From Sminthopsis crassicaudata (taxonomy: Eukaryota): a stretch of 64,000 nt of DNA. The notes under the pieces were generated by a model, which saw only the letters and a list, made by a program, of their open reading frames with translations, searched no databases and was not told the DNA's origin. The stretch lies in assembly GCF_048593235.1 (NCBI RefSeq), contig NC_133621.1:219625238-219689237 (forward strand), in the 5' to 3' direction. The position numbers and the translations under genes were made by a program. This document shows, piece by piece, positions 1 through 10,960 of this stretch. The first letter of the stretch is position 1. Every line of letters begins with the position of its first letter.

Positions 1-5
1 TCTCA
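1..5 (-). CDS. CDK2: CDK2 exon 2, first 5 nt only (continues off window)
   Basis: Minus strand cccatcctctccaag|TGAGA; joins exon 1 GACAC to give D-T-E; intron 1 = 6..833. Confidence 0.8.
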
Positions 6-832
6 CTTGGAGAGGATGGGGGAGCAGAGATGGGAGTTTAGCAAGAAAGTCACTCCCCACAGCCCAGTCTCCCTAATTAGACCCCAATTGCTAACAGAGA
101 CCCTTCCAAACTCTCTGAGAAGGTGGGGAAGAGACTCAGGAGAGAATGCCAACCTACAAACTACTCCTGCCCAGGCAGGGTGGGGCTCACAGGCCAGGGA
201 GTGGCTTTTGGACACATAAAAGGCCACCATTTCCTCCCTCCCACCAGAGTACAATAAGGTGCTAGGAAGTGAAGTTTCTCTCTAACTGTCTTATGTTATG
301 GGAAACTGAGGCAAGGGAGGGCAGTGGGGAAAAGTTTTGAAGGGGGTAATCCTAACCTCCCCCAGAAAGGCCAGTGAAAGTTCAACTGCCATTCTTTTGA
401 AAGAGCAGGGAGAATTCTAAGGTAGGGGAAGAGGGGAAGACCTGTTGGCAGCTGCTTCCCACCAGTTGGTGTCTCTGCCATCCTTCTCCCTCCTTACTCT
501 CCACAAAATCCAACTCCATTGGGTCTCACAGGCCATTCTAGAGGTTTTTCCCCTCTCCCTGAATTAATCCCTACACATTTGGGGCATTGTCATAGGCAAT
601 TTTAGAAAAGAGTTTTTCATGTTCTAAGCTTCAAAGCCTTCGCCGGGAGCTGAGAACCCCCCTCCCAATACACCACCTAGAAAGCCACGCTCCCCAGTCC
701 CCCCACAATCCAGAACCCCATTCCCAAAGAAACTGCCCCTCCATCTTCCGGTCCCGCCGACTCCTATCCAGGATGGGGGGCACTCCAGGAATCTTCGAAG
801 TAGTAGGGTCGAGGGTAGGAGGGGGCCACTCA

Positions 833-1340
<508 letters not shown>

Positions 1341-1562
1341 AGGTCAACTTTTCTTGCTTGAAAGACCCAAGGAATGGCTATTTTGGAGATAGTCCTTCTC
1401 TATGTCCAATGATCATTCACCCATTGTAGATAATCTCCCACTTCCTAGAGATAGCCGCGTACGTCTCTGGAATCTCTATCCTCTGCCCTTTGTGTCTTGT
1501 GTCTGCAGAGACTAGTCTCTTGTCCACCTTTCAATTACAAATCTTGATCAAAGGAATAGAAG

Positions 1563-1805
1563 AATATTTGCCATTTATAGAAGTGCTTTAAAGTTTACAG
1601 TGTTTTTCAAACATTGCTCTTTGCATTTTTTAACTTTGCAATGTTAAACATACTTTATTTCATTTGATCCCCATAACAGCTGTGTCAGCTAGATAGTGTT
1701 AATTATTATCCCCATTTTACAGCTGAGGAAACTGAGGCTCAGTTAAGTGATCATTTATTAGGCACCTACTATGTGCTATAAGTCCAGGTACTGTGCTAGG
1801 CCTAA
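1563..1805 (-). mobile_element. MIR SINE followed by L2 3' end
   Basis: MIR core cccattttacagctgaggaaactgaggc; L2 tail tcatttattaggcacctactatgtgc. Confidence 0.8.
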
Positions 1806-1928
1806 AAGTCTCTCCTAGCTCCAAGTTCAGATTTTTTGGGATAACTTTCCTTTCTTCCAAGGGAGTCCTGAATAGAAAAGAATGACTTTGAATAGGAATA
1901 ATTGTGGTTCTGAGCCCAGAATACACCT

Positions 1929-2142
1929 AAAGGAGTGCTGGAGCCAGCCCAGACCAACCTGTATGAGAGTCAATTGTAAAATTTTCAGTGTGATAATTTA
2001 CACTTAAGAAATCAGCAAATGCTAAAATCAGAGTTTGATTATTTTGTTGATTGTCCAAACTTTAAAAAGTGAAAATTTAAAAGTATGTCATTCATATTTT
2101 TTTCAGCAAGCTTGTTGGAAAGCATTTAGCAGTATACCACTA
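1929..2142 (+). mobile_element. MER63-like hAT (Blackjack) MITE
   Basis: Ends gtgctggagccagc...aaagcatttagcagtataccact and internal aaatcagcaaatgctaaaatcagag resemble the recalled MER63 consensus. Confidence 0.65.
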
Positions 2143-2171
2143 TGTATGGTTGCATTTCTGTTATAACAACA

Positions 2172-2500
2172 ATGGAGGCAACAGGGCACAGTGGATAATT
2201 CCCTGTATTTGGAGTCAGAGTTCAAATCCTCCTTTGACTTCAGATTTTAAAGCTCTGAATAACTGCATATAGCACTCAGAATATGCAAAAAGCTTTTCAT
2301 CCTTGATTTTATGTAATACTCACAACAGCCCTGTGATGGTATAAATATAGTCAGAGATGGTGTTGATAACAATACTTTATACTCATCTCATTTGATTCTC
2401 ACAACTCTGTTTGATAGAAAGTACAGGTGATAGTCTCCTTTTTATAGATGAAAAATCTGAGGATCACAGAACCAGGTGGCTTTGGAAGGTTTATAAGACC
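2172..2500. mobile_element. MIR/MAR-type SINE fragments
   Basis: tRNA-like head (cagtggata...ggagtcagagttcaaatcct) plus inverted MIR core. Confidence 0.7.
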
Positions 2501-3128
2501 AATTGTCTGAATCAGAATTCTTAATCTCTTCTTCCCTCCCTCACACTCTAAATTCACTGCTCTCTCTATTAACCTTTGTCTTTCGATCTCTTCTTGTTTC
2601 TGTCTCACAGGTTGTCATATGAAGATCTTCTGTCTCCTTTTTGTGAGGTCCCTGATTTGATGTAACTAACTCTTTGGCTGAATCTGTCATACTGAGTTAT
2701 TTGTGTAACTATGGAAAAGGAAGATGAAGGTGATTGGTACAATGAAGATATGAAAAGATATTCCTTGATTTTTGCTTGATTCCTGTCTATCCCAGAGATT
2801 TAGGATCCCATATAATTAGCAATTATCTGGGTTGTCGAGGGGAATTGGAGCCAAAAAAATCTAATCTTTTAGTGGGGTTCAAAGCAACCAGCAAGTATTG
2901 GAGTAGGAAAAAGAAAAGTTTTCAAAGCATTTTCATTCATTTCTGTTTTACTGTTGGGAAACAGAGGTTGTGGTAGAAGCAGGAAAAGAAAGAGAACCTA
3001 CATTTTCTGCTACATAGAGCAGTGTTCTTTTTCTTACTTTTATCACGCCACTGCAAGTCACATCCACCTCTCCTCAATTCTTCCTTTCTTCCCTGGGTAT
3101 TTGAAGGGAGGAGACTATAGGCAGGGCT

Positions 3129-3160
3129 ATGCAAATGAGTAGTACCCCTCTCTTATATAG
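3129..3160 (+). promoter_or_regulatory. PMEL: PMEL proximal promoter: octamer and TATA-like box
   Basis: ATGCAAAT 3129-3136; TATATAG 3154-3160, ~50 bp upstream of the start codon. Confidence 0.55.
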
Positions 3161-3207
3161 GAGCTAGCACTAGTCTCTGTGCTATGGCTGTTCCACTAAC
3201 AGAAAGA

Positions 3208-3283
3208 ATGACACTAGGACAGATGATCTGGTTTTATAATGCGGCCATGACCTGTGTCCTGTTGACCACAATAGCTGCTGATG
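3208..3283 (+). CDS. PMEL: PMEL exon 1 (signal peptide)
   Basis: [25 protein letters not shown](G); 76 bp, phase 1, GTGAGT donor; same size as recalled human exon. Confidence 0.85.
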
Positions 3284-5627
3284 GTGAGTAGGAGGATAAG
3301 TATGGAGATGTTGGGAGGATGGGAGAGGATGGGCAGTTTGAGCTGGAACTATCTTGTAGGCTTGGATTCCCTATTCTCTTAGGGACAACAACTCCCCTAG
3401 CCAGTTCCTCAGGCCTCTTCTGACCCATTTCCCCATCTATTCAGAAGGACTTTAACATTTAGATTAGACATCCCTTCCTCTTTAGAAATGTGGGAAAGTT
3501 GAGTCAAAGCATTTCTTGAAGAGGGAAGGGATTTTGGAGTGCTTGCTATTTAAGTTTTAAGACTCCCAAGAGGATGAGATAGATCAAATCAGGATTTTTG
3601 AAGGTAAAATAGATAATCCCTAAAGTTGATGGATCAATTGTTCCTGCCTCTTCTGGTACTTGGCACTTTAAGGGATGTGAAGGAGGCAATTCTTGGGGAA
3701 AAGAAGGAAGTATATGAAATCTAAAGGTTAAAAAGGAATCACTTATTCCTTTGGATGTAAGACACCTATTGTCTCTGCCCGCTATACTGGGTCTAGGGAT
3801 AGGGAGGCATGGGGGTCTCAGCTGAGAATCACATGAAAAGGATCTGCTGGGGGATTGGCACCTCGTGACTAGGATGGGGGGGTGGTCTGGAATTTCAGAA
3901 GCTACAATAAGGGAAGAGAATAGGAAGGAGAAAGAAGGAGAGATCTTATTACTCCTTTTATCCTAACAATGAGCTACTCAGTAAGAATATTCTAGGTTCC
4001 TTTGCTCTACCACTGTCTCCAAGCCCATTTCTTAGTCCTGTTGTCCCTCTGAATCTTGGAAAATCAGAAACTCCATCTCCTTAATATCTGACTCAGAGAA
4101 GACTCTATATTTTTTTAAGTATTAGAATAATTTTTTTAAAATATTAACAACTTTTGGTTTTCATCACTTAAATTAAATATTCCTAACCCTTCCAGAGAGC
4201 CAACAAGATTTTTTTTTTATGAAAAAAAGAAAAGGAAAAATTAGTACATACATAAATAGAGATTTATATAAATTTACATATGTAAAACCTCACAATATAT
4301 ATATTCCAGTAGACTTCCACATCTAGGCAAAGAAGTGGCAAAAGATGTCTTCTTGATCTCTAATTTTGAAACTCATTTGTGATTGTTCTTTCCATTTATA
4401 TTATTGTAATCATTATGTATATTGGGTTTTTTGGCTCTGATTAATTCATTCTGCATTACTTCATATGAGTTTTTCCAACCTTTTCTGCATCATTGTATAG
4501 GTCATTTCTTAAAGCACAACTATTCCATTCCATTTATTCCATTAATTTATTTTGTCATTCTCTAGTTGATAGATACATATTTTGTTTGAGTTCTTCACTT
4601 CCACAAAGTGTGCTGCTATAAACATTTGGTAAATATGGGTTCTCTAGTAAATATGCCTAAGAATGGAATCTCTGGATCAAAGGATATGAACATTTTGTCT
4701 GATAGGTTTTTCTTTTATCTCCGTTTCCTCCTCCTTTCTTTCCTCCCTCCCTCCCTCCCTTTTTCTCTTCCTTCTTTCTTTCCTTCTTCCTTCCTTTCTT
4801 CTTTCCTTTTCATTCTTTCTATCATTAATATTTCACAAACCACTCACATGGTAGCAATTGTACTATTAGTATCCATTTATTGGGAAAAAAAAGCTACTAA
4901 GGATTCAGTAATACTTTTAAATTCATTCGAATTATATGAGTAACAATATCTATATACAACTGAAATGTAGTGATACATAAATTCATGCAACTTTATTTCA
5001 TAGGATTGTAGCTTTAGAGGTAAGAGGGAACCCAGAGGCAATCCAGATAAGGAAACTGAGGTCTAAGATCACAAGTAACATGGCTGAATATTTATTCAAT
5101 CTATAAAAGTTCTGTTTGACTCATTGTAATATCTCTACTTTTGCTACAAGTTGGAAACCACCAAGTTCACCGTCTATATCAGTTTTAATTGTGATGACTT
5201 TGTTCTCCATAGAAATTTAGAGTACAGAATTGGGTCCTCCATCAGATTCATCCAGACAAAGGCTTTATTGTTCCCTCAGCATTCTCCTCCACAACATGTA
5301 TTCTTCTAGTTATCTTTTTCTGCTGTTCCTAGCCCTTTTTCTAGATTCTTCAAATATTTCCCATTCTTATAAAACTAAAAAACCACTTTCCTTGATATTG
5401 TGCCCACCTCTCACAATATTCTCTTTAATCTATTGGAATATGGCATTTATTACCTAAAAGCAGTAAAGCATGGTAGATAAAAGGGTTGACCTTAGAATTT
5501 GGAAAATGGGTTCCAATTCTTTTTCTGACACATACTAGCTAAGTGACCATGGGTTAATTTCTGTATTTAGAGTCCCAGGTAAGAAAGGGTAGTGTCTTAC
5601 TTCAAATATGAGTTGCAGACCTATACC

Positions 5628-5695
<68 letters not shown>

Positions 5696-8600
5696 TGTGT
5701 GTGTGTGTGTGTGTGTTCCCATGAAATCACAGTCCAAACCAACAAAATATAAATATATAAATAATAAATATAAAACCACAACCATCACCATTCCTCCTCC
5801 TTCTCCTTCTCTTCCAACTACATGTTCCCTAAGTGGGAGGATTATTAACTCTGCTACTTGTATTTTATTATTTTTAGGGTCACATGAACCAGGTTGGAAA
5901 GGTGTCAGAAATCAATCCCAGACTAATGTCTGGGACTCAAAGCTCTATCCAGAATGGACAGAAGCCGGAATTCGGGGTCTTGACTGCTGGAGAGGTAAGA
6001 AACAGGATTTGGGATAAGTGGGGAAAGGTGGAATTAGGAAAATGATAAGAAGAGGAGCAAAGTTAGAAATGAGATTAGAAGATAAACCATTAACGTGAAA
6101 AAGAGTCCTGCAGAGGTCAGGATCCCTAACTAATGCTTTTTCCTTATCCAGGAGGCCAGGTGACACTGGAGGTCAGTAATGATGCCCCAACTCTGACTGG
6201 TGCCCAAGTTTCCTTCTCTATTATCTTGCACTTCCCTGCAAGCCAGCAGGTCTTGCCCAATGGACATATTATCTGGACTGGCAATGGGACTATCAATGGT
6301 AAGAGACCTCTCTTTGTGCCTGAGTATGTCTCCTAGTAGCGTTTCTGTGTATTCTCTCTAATATCCTCACAGATTTAATAATGCTAGAATGCTGCCCCAC
6401 TGGGCCACTTTATTCAATCAATGCCTATAACCCGTTTCTTAGTTAGTGATTGGGATTGGAGTATAAAAAGACATTAAAGTTCAAAGATGACCATGTTTCT
6501 TTCAGGGAGCCAGGTATGGGATGGACAACCTGTTTATCCTCAAGATTATGATGCTGCCTGTGTCTTCCCCGATGGACAACCCTGCCCATCTATGGCTGGA
6601 CCTCATAGGAGTTTCATCTATGTCTGGAAGTCTTGGGGTAAGAAATTATCTTCTCTGAACCTATCAAGACATTCAATTCCTTTCCTCTATTCATTTCTGG
6701 GATGAGCTTAATCCTGACCTCCTTTCCCTTGAACCTTATTATGCTCTTTCAGTCCTGAGATTCCCCCATTCCATGGTTCTGTATCTTGGGCCTTTTTTTT
6801 TTTTTTTTTTTATTGATAACTCACTTTGTACTCCTTTGAACTTTTTGCCAATATCGGCTTTATGGGATCATACCCCAATATGCACCTTTGTCCTCTCTGG
6901 GTCACATACCTGAAATTCTTTAATCTTTCTCTCTATCTTTACTATAGGAAAATATTGGCAAGTTTTGGGAGGCCCAGTGTCCAAACTGAGTATTGAGACA
7001 CTTGGAGTAGCTACGGGTCCCCATACCATGGAAGTGACAGTTTATCATCACCGAGGACCTCGGAGTTATGTTCCCATTGCCAGAGGCTTGTCTACCTTCA
7101 CTCTTACTGGTAGGAGAAGAGAATAGAATCATGTTTGTAACAAAAATAGACAAGAAGTATAGGAAGAGATTGCATTCAAGAGGGGCTACCATATTGGGTT
7201 AGGGAACTATTTTGCTGTGGGAACTGAGTCAGGGAATTTGCATGATTATAGAAAATATAAGGGTAAAGAACTAGTGAAGAGTCAGTGCAGACCAGAAAAT
7301 AAAATAGTCTTAGAAATGGAGTCTCCCATTATTCCAGATGTCCAAATCCAGAGAGGGTTGGGGCAATGGGAGGAGTCAGAAAAATCTTTGACCCTGCATC
7401 TTATTCTTTCTGATCCCACTCCAGACCAGGTTCCATTCTCTGTGACTGTGTCACAGCTTCAGGCTCTGGATGGGGAAGAGAGACACTTTCTGAGAAACCA
7501 GCCCTTGATCTTCAACCTCCAGCTCCATGATCCTAGCAGCTATTTGTCCCAGGCTGATCTATCCTACACTTGGAATTTTGGAGATGGCAGTGGGACCCTC
7601 ATATCCCGGGTACCCACTGTCACTCACACATACCAGGTGTCTGGCCCTGTAACTGCCCAGGTGGTTTTGGAGGCTGCTATTCCCCAAACTTCCTGCAGGA
7701 CTTCTCCTGCTCCAGGCACTGATCTCCCAAGCACCCAACCCTTGGGCACTACAGATGGAAGAATAACAACTTCAGAAACCCCTGGAACTACAGCTTGGGA
7801 GGTTCCAACCACAATGGCCTCTACTCCCACAGCCACGGAGATACCGACTGCAGTGGCCCCTAGTACTACTACTAGGGAAGCACAAACTATACAGGTCCCT
7901 GGGACCACAGCTGGAGAGGTACCAACTGCAGTGTTCCTAGTTACCACTGCTGAAGAAATGCCAACTGTAGTACCAACTGCTAACACAGACGAGGGGATTT
8001 CAGTCACAGATATAATAAGAAACATAACAGGAACAGGACAAACTATGGAATCTGTGGAGACCTCTGATACAATCATGGTAAACCCAAGCACCAGCCCAGC
8101 TATTCCTGCACAGAGCACCTCAGAGGTACCCACAACCCCTTCTACTACTTCTTTAAGACCAGAAGCCACCAGTCTCCCTGGAACAACAGGTGGGTATGCT
8201 TGGGATTCAGGAATTCTGGCTCCCTGCCCTGTCCCTTCCATGGGGACAGAACGGCTTGTCCCTAGAAGTAGAAAAGAAGGGAGGGATGTGTGGTAGACTC
8301 TGAATTAACATGCATTAGCTTTACATTTCATTTGTATGCATTATTTCATATTTAAGGTGTAGAAATCCCCCAGTCTTTGATATATAACTCCAATTTTCCC
8401 AAATACCCATTTCAACTAATTAATGCATCTGATCGACCTGGTCGTCCTAGCTAGAAAAATTCTAGAATTCTATTTCCAACCCCCCCCCTCCAATTTTCTT
8501 TTCTCACTATATGTTAAAGGATTATCAGATCTCCCCTCTGCTGGCACAGCTGAACTGACTCTGGTGAAGCGCCAGATTCCTCTGGACTGTATCCTGTATC

Positions 8601-10723
8601 GGTTTGGCTCATTTGCTCTCACCCTTGACATTGTCCGTGAGTCCTATCTATCTGCTTAATTCAGGAGGTGCTTGTTGGGGAACAGGAGGGAGGCAATAGT
8701 TTACCAAAGCTGTGAGAAGGAAAGGCATCTTGGCAAGATCTCCACAAAAATTCTGGGGCTCTGAGCCAGTTCTGAAATTCAGGGGACAATTAAGACAATG
8801 GATCCTTATTTGGAGGAATCAGCAGTTTCTCTCCATATCACAGAGTTGGGGAATAGCTTGATTCCCTAAGCCTCAGTTTCCTTGGAAGTTGGAGACTACC
8901 TCCAAGGTCTTTTTCAACAGAAACCCTGAGAATTCCTATGGGATTGTTCATCTTTCCACAGAGGGCATTGAGAGTGCTGAAATCTTGCAGGCTATTCCCG
9001 CCAGTGAGGGAGATGCAATTGAACTGACTGTATCTTGCCAAGGCGGGTGAGTGGTCTTGGAGGGGATAATGACCCTTGGAAATGTTTAATTTCAAGGGAC
9101 TCATCAATCCTGATTAATAGCACTCTTTGCTCAGGCTTTTCCTCAGTTCCCTGGCATAAACTGATTCCGTTCTCCCCTCCTCTGCCATCCCCCACATTCA
9201 GGTTGCCTGAGGAAGTTTGCACAGAGATTTCATCTCCTGGATGTCAGCTCCCTGTCCAGAAACTGTGCCAGCCTGTAGTGTCCAGTCCAGACTGTCAGCT
9301 GGTGCTACACCAAGTTCTGGAGGGAGGTGCGGGGCTCTACTGCCTAAATGTATCCCTGGCTGATACCAACAGCTTGGTTATGGCCAGCACTCAGCTCATA
9401 GTCCCAGGTAGGTATCTGAGTGAAGGTAGGATGTTGCTGGTGATTAGATTTCAAGGAGAGAGGAGAGAGGAGTATTAACAGTGAGGATAACTGGGGCTGT
9501 GTTCACAGGACAAGAGACAGGCACCCAGAAGGCTCCGCTGCTGGTAGGCATTATGTTGGCTATAGTGGCAATAGCCCTGGCATTTCTAATGTACAGGTAA
9601 GATACTTCCTCTTCCATGTGTAGTTTCAGCCCTTGCCTAATCATTCTGTCCTCCATAGAGATTGGAACATAGAAGTAGGTCTTGAGCTTTGCTCAGCTAT
9701 CTTTTAGACTTCTTGCTACAACTTAAGGAGCTCTGGACTTATCCAACCTTTGCTTCTTGGGAAATGTTAAATCTCATTTTCCTCTTCTATAATATTCTGA
9801 AGTATGATGTAGTGTTGAGAATTTCTCTCCTAGATCTGCTAACTTATAGGTTGTATGACTGAACAAGTCCCTTCTCAAGTAACATGAGATAGTCACTTAA
9901 TAGAGGAGCTTTGAACCCTTTAGCAGCTGGTAAAGCCTATAGATCTATGGATTTCAGAACTGTTTCTACTGCATAAAATAAAAACAAGGGCAAAATAAAA
10001 AAGAAACCAATTATATTGAAAATTACCAAAATATTTTTACAAAGAATTTCACAGACCCCAGGTGAAGAACCTCTGAACTATCTGAACTCTTAAGATCCTT
10101 TCAGCTCAAAATTCTTATTCTAAAATGGGAATTAACAACTTGTACTACCTTCTTGATAGGGTACTACCAGGAAAAGGTAAGAATGTATATAGAGCACTTC
10201 ATATGCAAATGCATTCTTATATCAGGGTCTATTGTTTTTCTTCCCACAGACATCCTCCCACCAAAAAGGAAATCACTGCTCTTTATTTTTGAGGGATAAC
10301 TATAACAAAGAGAAGGCTGAGTAGAAAGAGGTCTCCCAGAAATTTGTAGCCTGTGAATATAAAGCCTTTAGAGGGAGATTTATCCACATGTAGGATAAAC
10401 AAAATGGAACAGAAATGGCCGCAGGTCCCAAGTGGTACTTCATGGTGGTCAGACATGTTGAAAATGGGTGATAACTATCCCTTTTTTTGGAATTGCATAC
10501 CTGAAAATCCCATGTAGGCTAGCCAGGGCAACTTTAGGAAAGACTTTGCATCCCTACTGATCCCTGTTTTTTCTCCTGTCACTGCAGGCGGGTAAAACGG
10601 GGCTCAGCTCTTTCACAATCCTGGCTGCCTCAACGTACTGTTCACTGGTTGAGATTACCCCCTTCCTTCTATCCAGGCCCCAGTGGAGAAAGTAGCCCTC
10701 TCCTCAATGGGCACCAGGTCTGA
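3208..10723 (+). CDS. PMEL: Premelanosome protein PMEL (gp100/SILV), complete, 676 aa
   Basis: join(3208..3283,5878..5994,6152..6298,6506..6637,6948..7109,7425..8189,8520..8636,8962..9046,9202..9407,9509..9596,10588..10723)=2031 nt in frame; PKD, RPT, furin KR, KLD cysteines, TM, ESSPLL dileucine, terminal Val. Confidence 0.96.
3817..3836 (+). promoter_or_regulatory. E-box pair in PMEL intron 1 (candidate MITF enhancer)
   Basis: CTCAGCTGAG 3817-3826 and TCACATGA 3829-3836 (M-box core on - strand). Confidence 0.55.
4100..4690 (-). mobile_element. Old L1 3' fragment
   Basis: gtgctgctataaacattt...gaatggaatctctggatcaaaggatatgaacatt typical of inverted L1 ORF2 end. Confidence 0.65.
4720..4820. 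repeat. (TTCC/TTTC)n low-complexity tract
   Basis: Pyrimidine-only run. Confidence 0.9.
5636..5716. repeat. (TG)~40 microsatellite
   Basis: Direct inspection; one interruption at 5695. Confidence 0.98.
5878..5994 (+). CDS. PMEL: PMEL exon 2
   Basis: [38 protein letters not shown]; tttttag/GTAAGA. Confidence 0.95.
6152..6298 (+). CDS. PMEL: PMEL exon 3
   Basis: [28 protein letters not shown]...GTIN; ccag/GTAAGA. Confidence 0.95.
6506..6637 (+). CDS. PMEL: PMEL exon 4
   Basis: [12 protein letters not shown]...SFIYVWKSW; ttcag/GTAAGA. Confidence 0.95.
6948..7109 (+). CDS. PMEL: PMEL exon 5 (core amyloid fragment region)
   Basis: [53 protein letters not shown]; tatag/GTAGGA. Confidence 0.95.
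7425..8189 (+). CDS. PMEL: PMEL exon 6 (PKD + RPT)
   Basis: [16 protein letters not shown]...YTWNFGDG...TSLPGTT; ccag/GTGGGT; 765 bp keeps frame. Confidence 0.93.
8520..8636 (+). CDS. PMEL: PMEL exon 7 (proprotein convertase KR site)
   Basis: [38 protein letters not shown]; AAG acceptor (in-frame CAG alternative at 8528), GTGAGT donor. Confidence 0.9.
8962..9046 (+). CDS. PMEL: PMEL exon 8
   Basis: [27 protein letters not shown]; cacag/GTGAGT. Confidence 0.95.
9202..9407 (+). CDS. PMEL: PMEL exon 9 (kringle-like domain)
   Basis: [15 protein letters not shown]...[23 protein letters not shown]; ttcag/GTAGGT. Confidence 0.95.
9509..9596 (+). CDS. PMEL: PMEL exon 10 (transmembrane)
   Basis: [28 protein letters not shown]; cacag/GTAAGA. 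Confidence 0.95.
9902..10075 (-). mobile_element. hAT-Charlie-type MITE
   Basis: End ggtgaagaacctctg; inverted homolog of the copy at 62477-62674. Confidence 0.65.
10588..10723 (+). CDS. PMEL: PMEL exon 11 (cytoplasmic tail, stop)
   Basis: [44 protein letters not shown]; tgcag acceptor. Confidence 0.95.
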
Positions 10724-10816
10724 GACCTCAAAGCATCTAAAAACTAGTCCAGAGCTGGGAAGAACTCAGATCTTCCCCTCCCTTCTCTCCCCCATAACTA
10801 CCCTGTCATCACCTGA

Positions 10817-10822
10817 ATTAAA
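10817..10822 (+). terminator. PMEL: Candidate PMEL poly(A) signal ATTAAA
   Basis: ~95 nt after stop; alternative AATAAA at 11015-11020. Confidence 0.45.
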
Positions 10823-10954
10823 AACGTTGAACACAACACTGGATCCTTTCTTGTCTATCAACAACCCAAAGTAGAGTAGGAATACAGAATAGGAGGAGAA
10901 CAAACCTCCTCTTCCTCAATTAACACAAGACTGTTTAGTGAAAAACCAAACAAT

Positions 10955-10960
10955 TTTATT
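10955..10960 (-). terminator. DGKA: DGKA poly(A) signal AATAAA
   Basis: TTTATT on +, ~180 nt after DGKA stop, followed by GU/U-rich sequence on -. Confidence 0.8.

Noticed and set aside
5592-6017. 141-aa ORF with VC repeat
   Set aside because: Made by the (TG)n tract running into PMEL exon 2.
7110-7424. PMEL intron 5 is 315 nt (multiple of 3) and partly open in frame
   Set aside because: Retention hits an in-frame TAG about 15 nt into the intron.
7624-8241. 205-aa minus-strand ORF
   Set aside because: Codon-aligned antisense of the Thr/Pro-rich PMEL exon 6; no independent coding signal.
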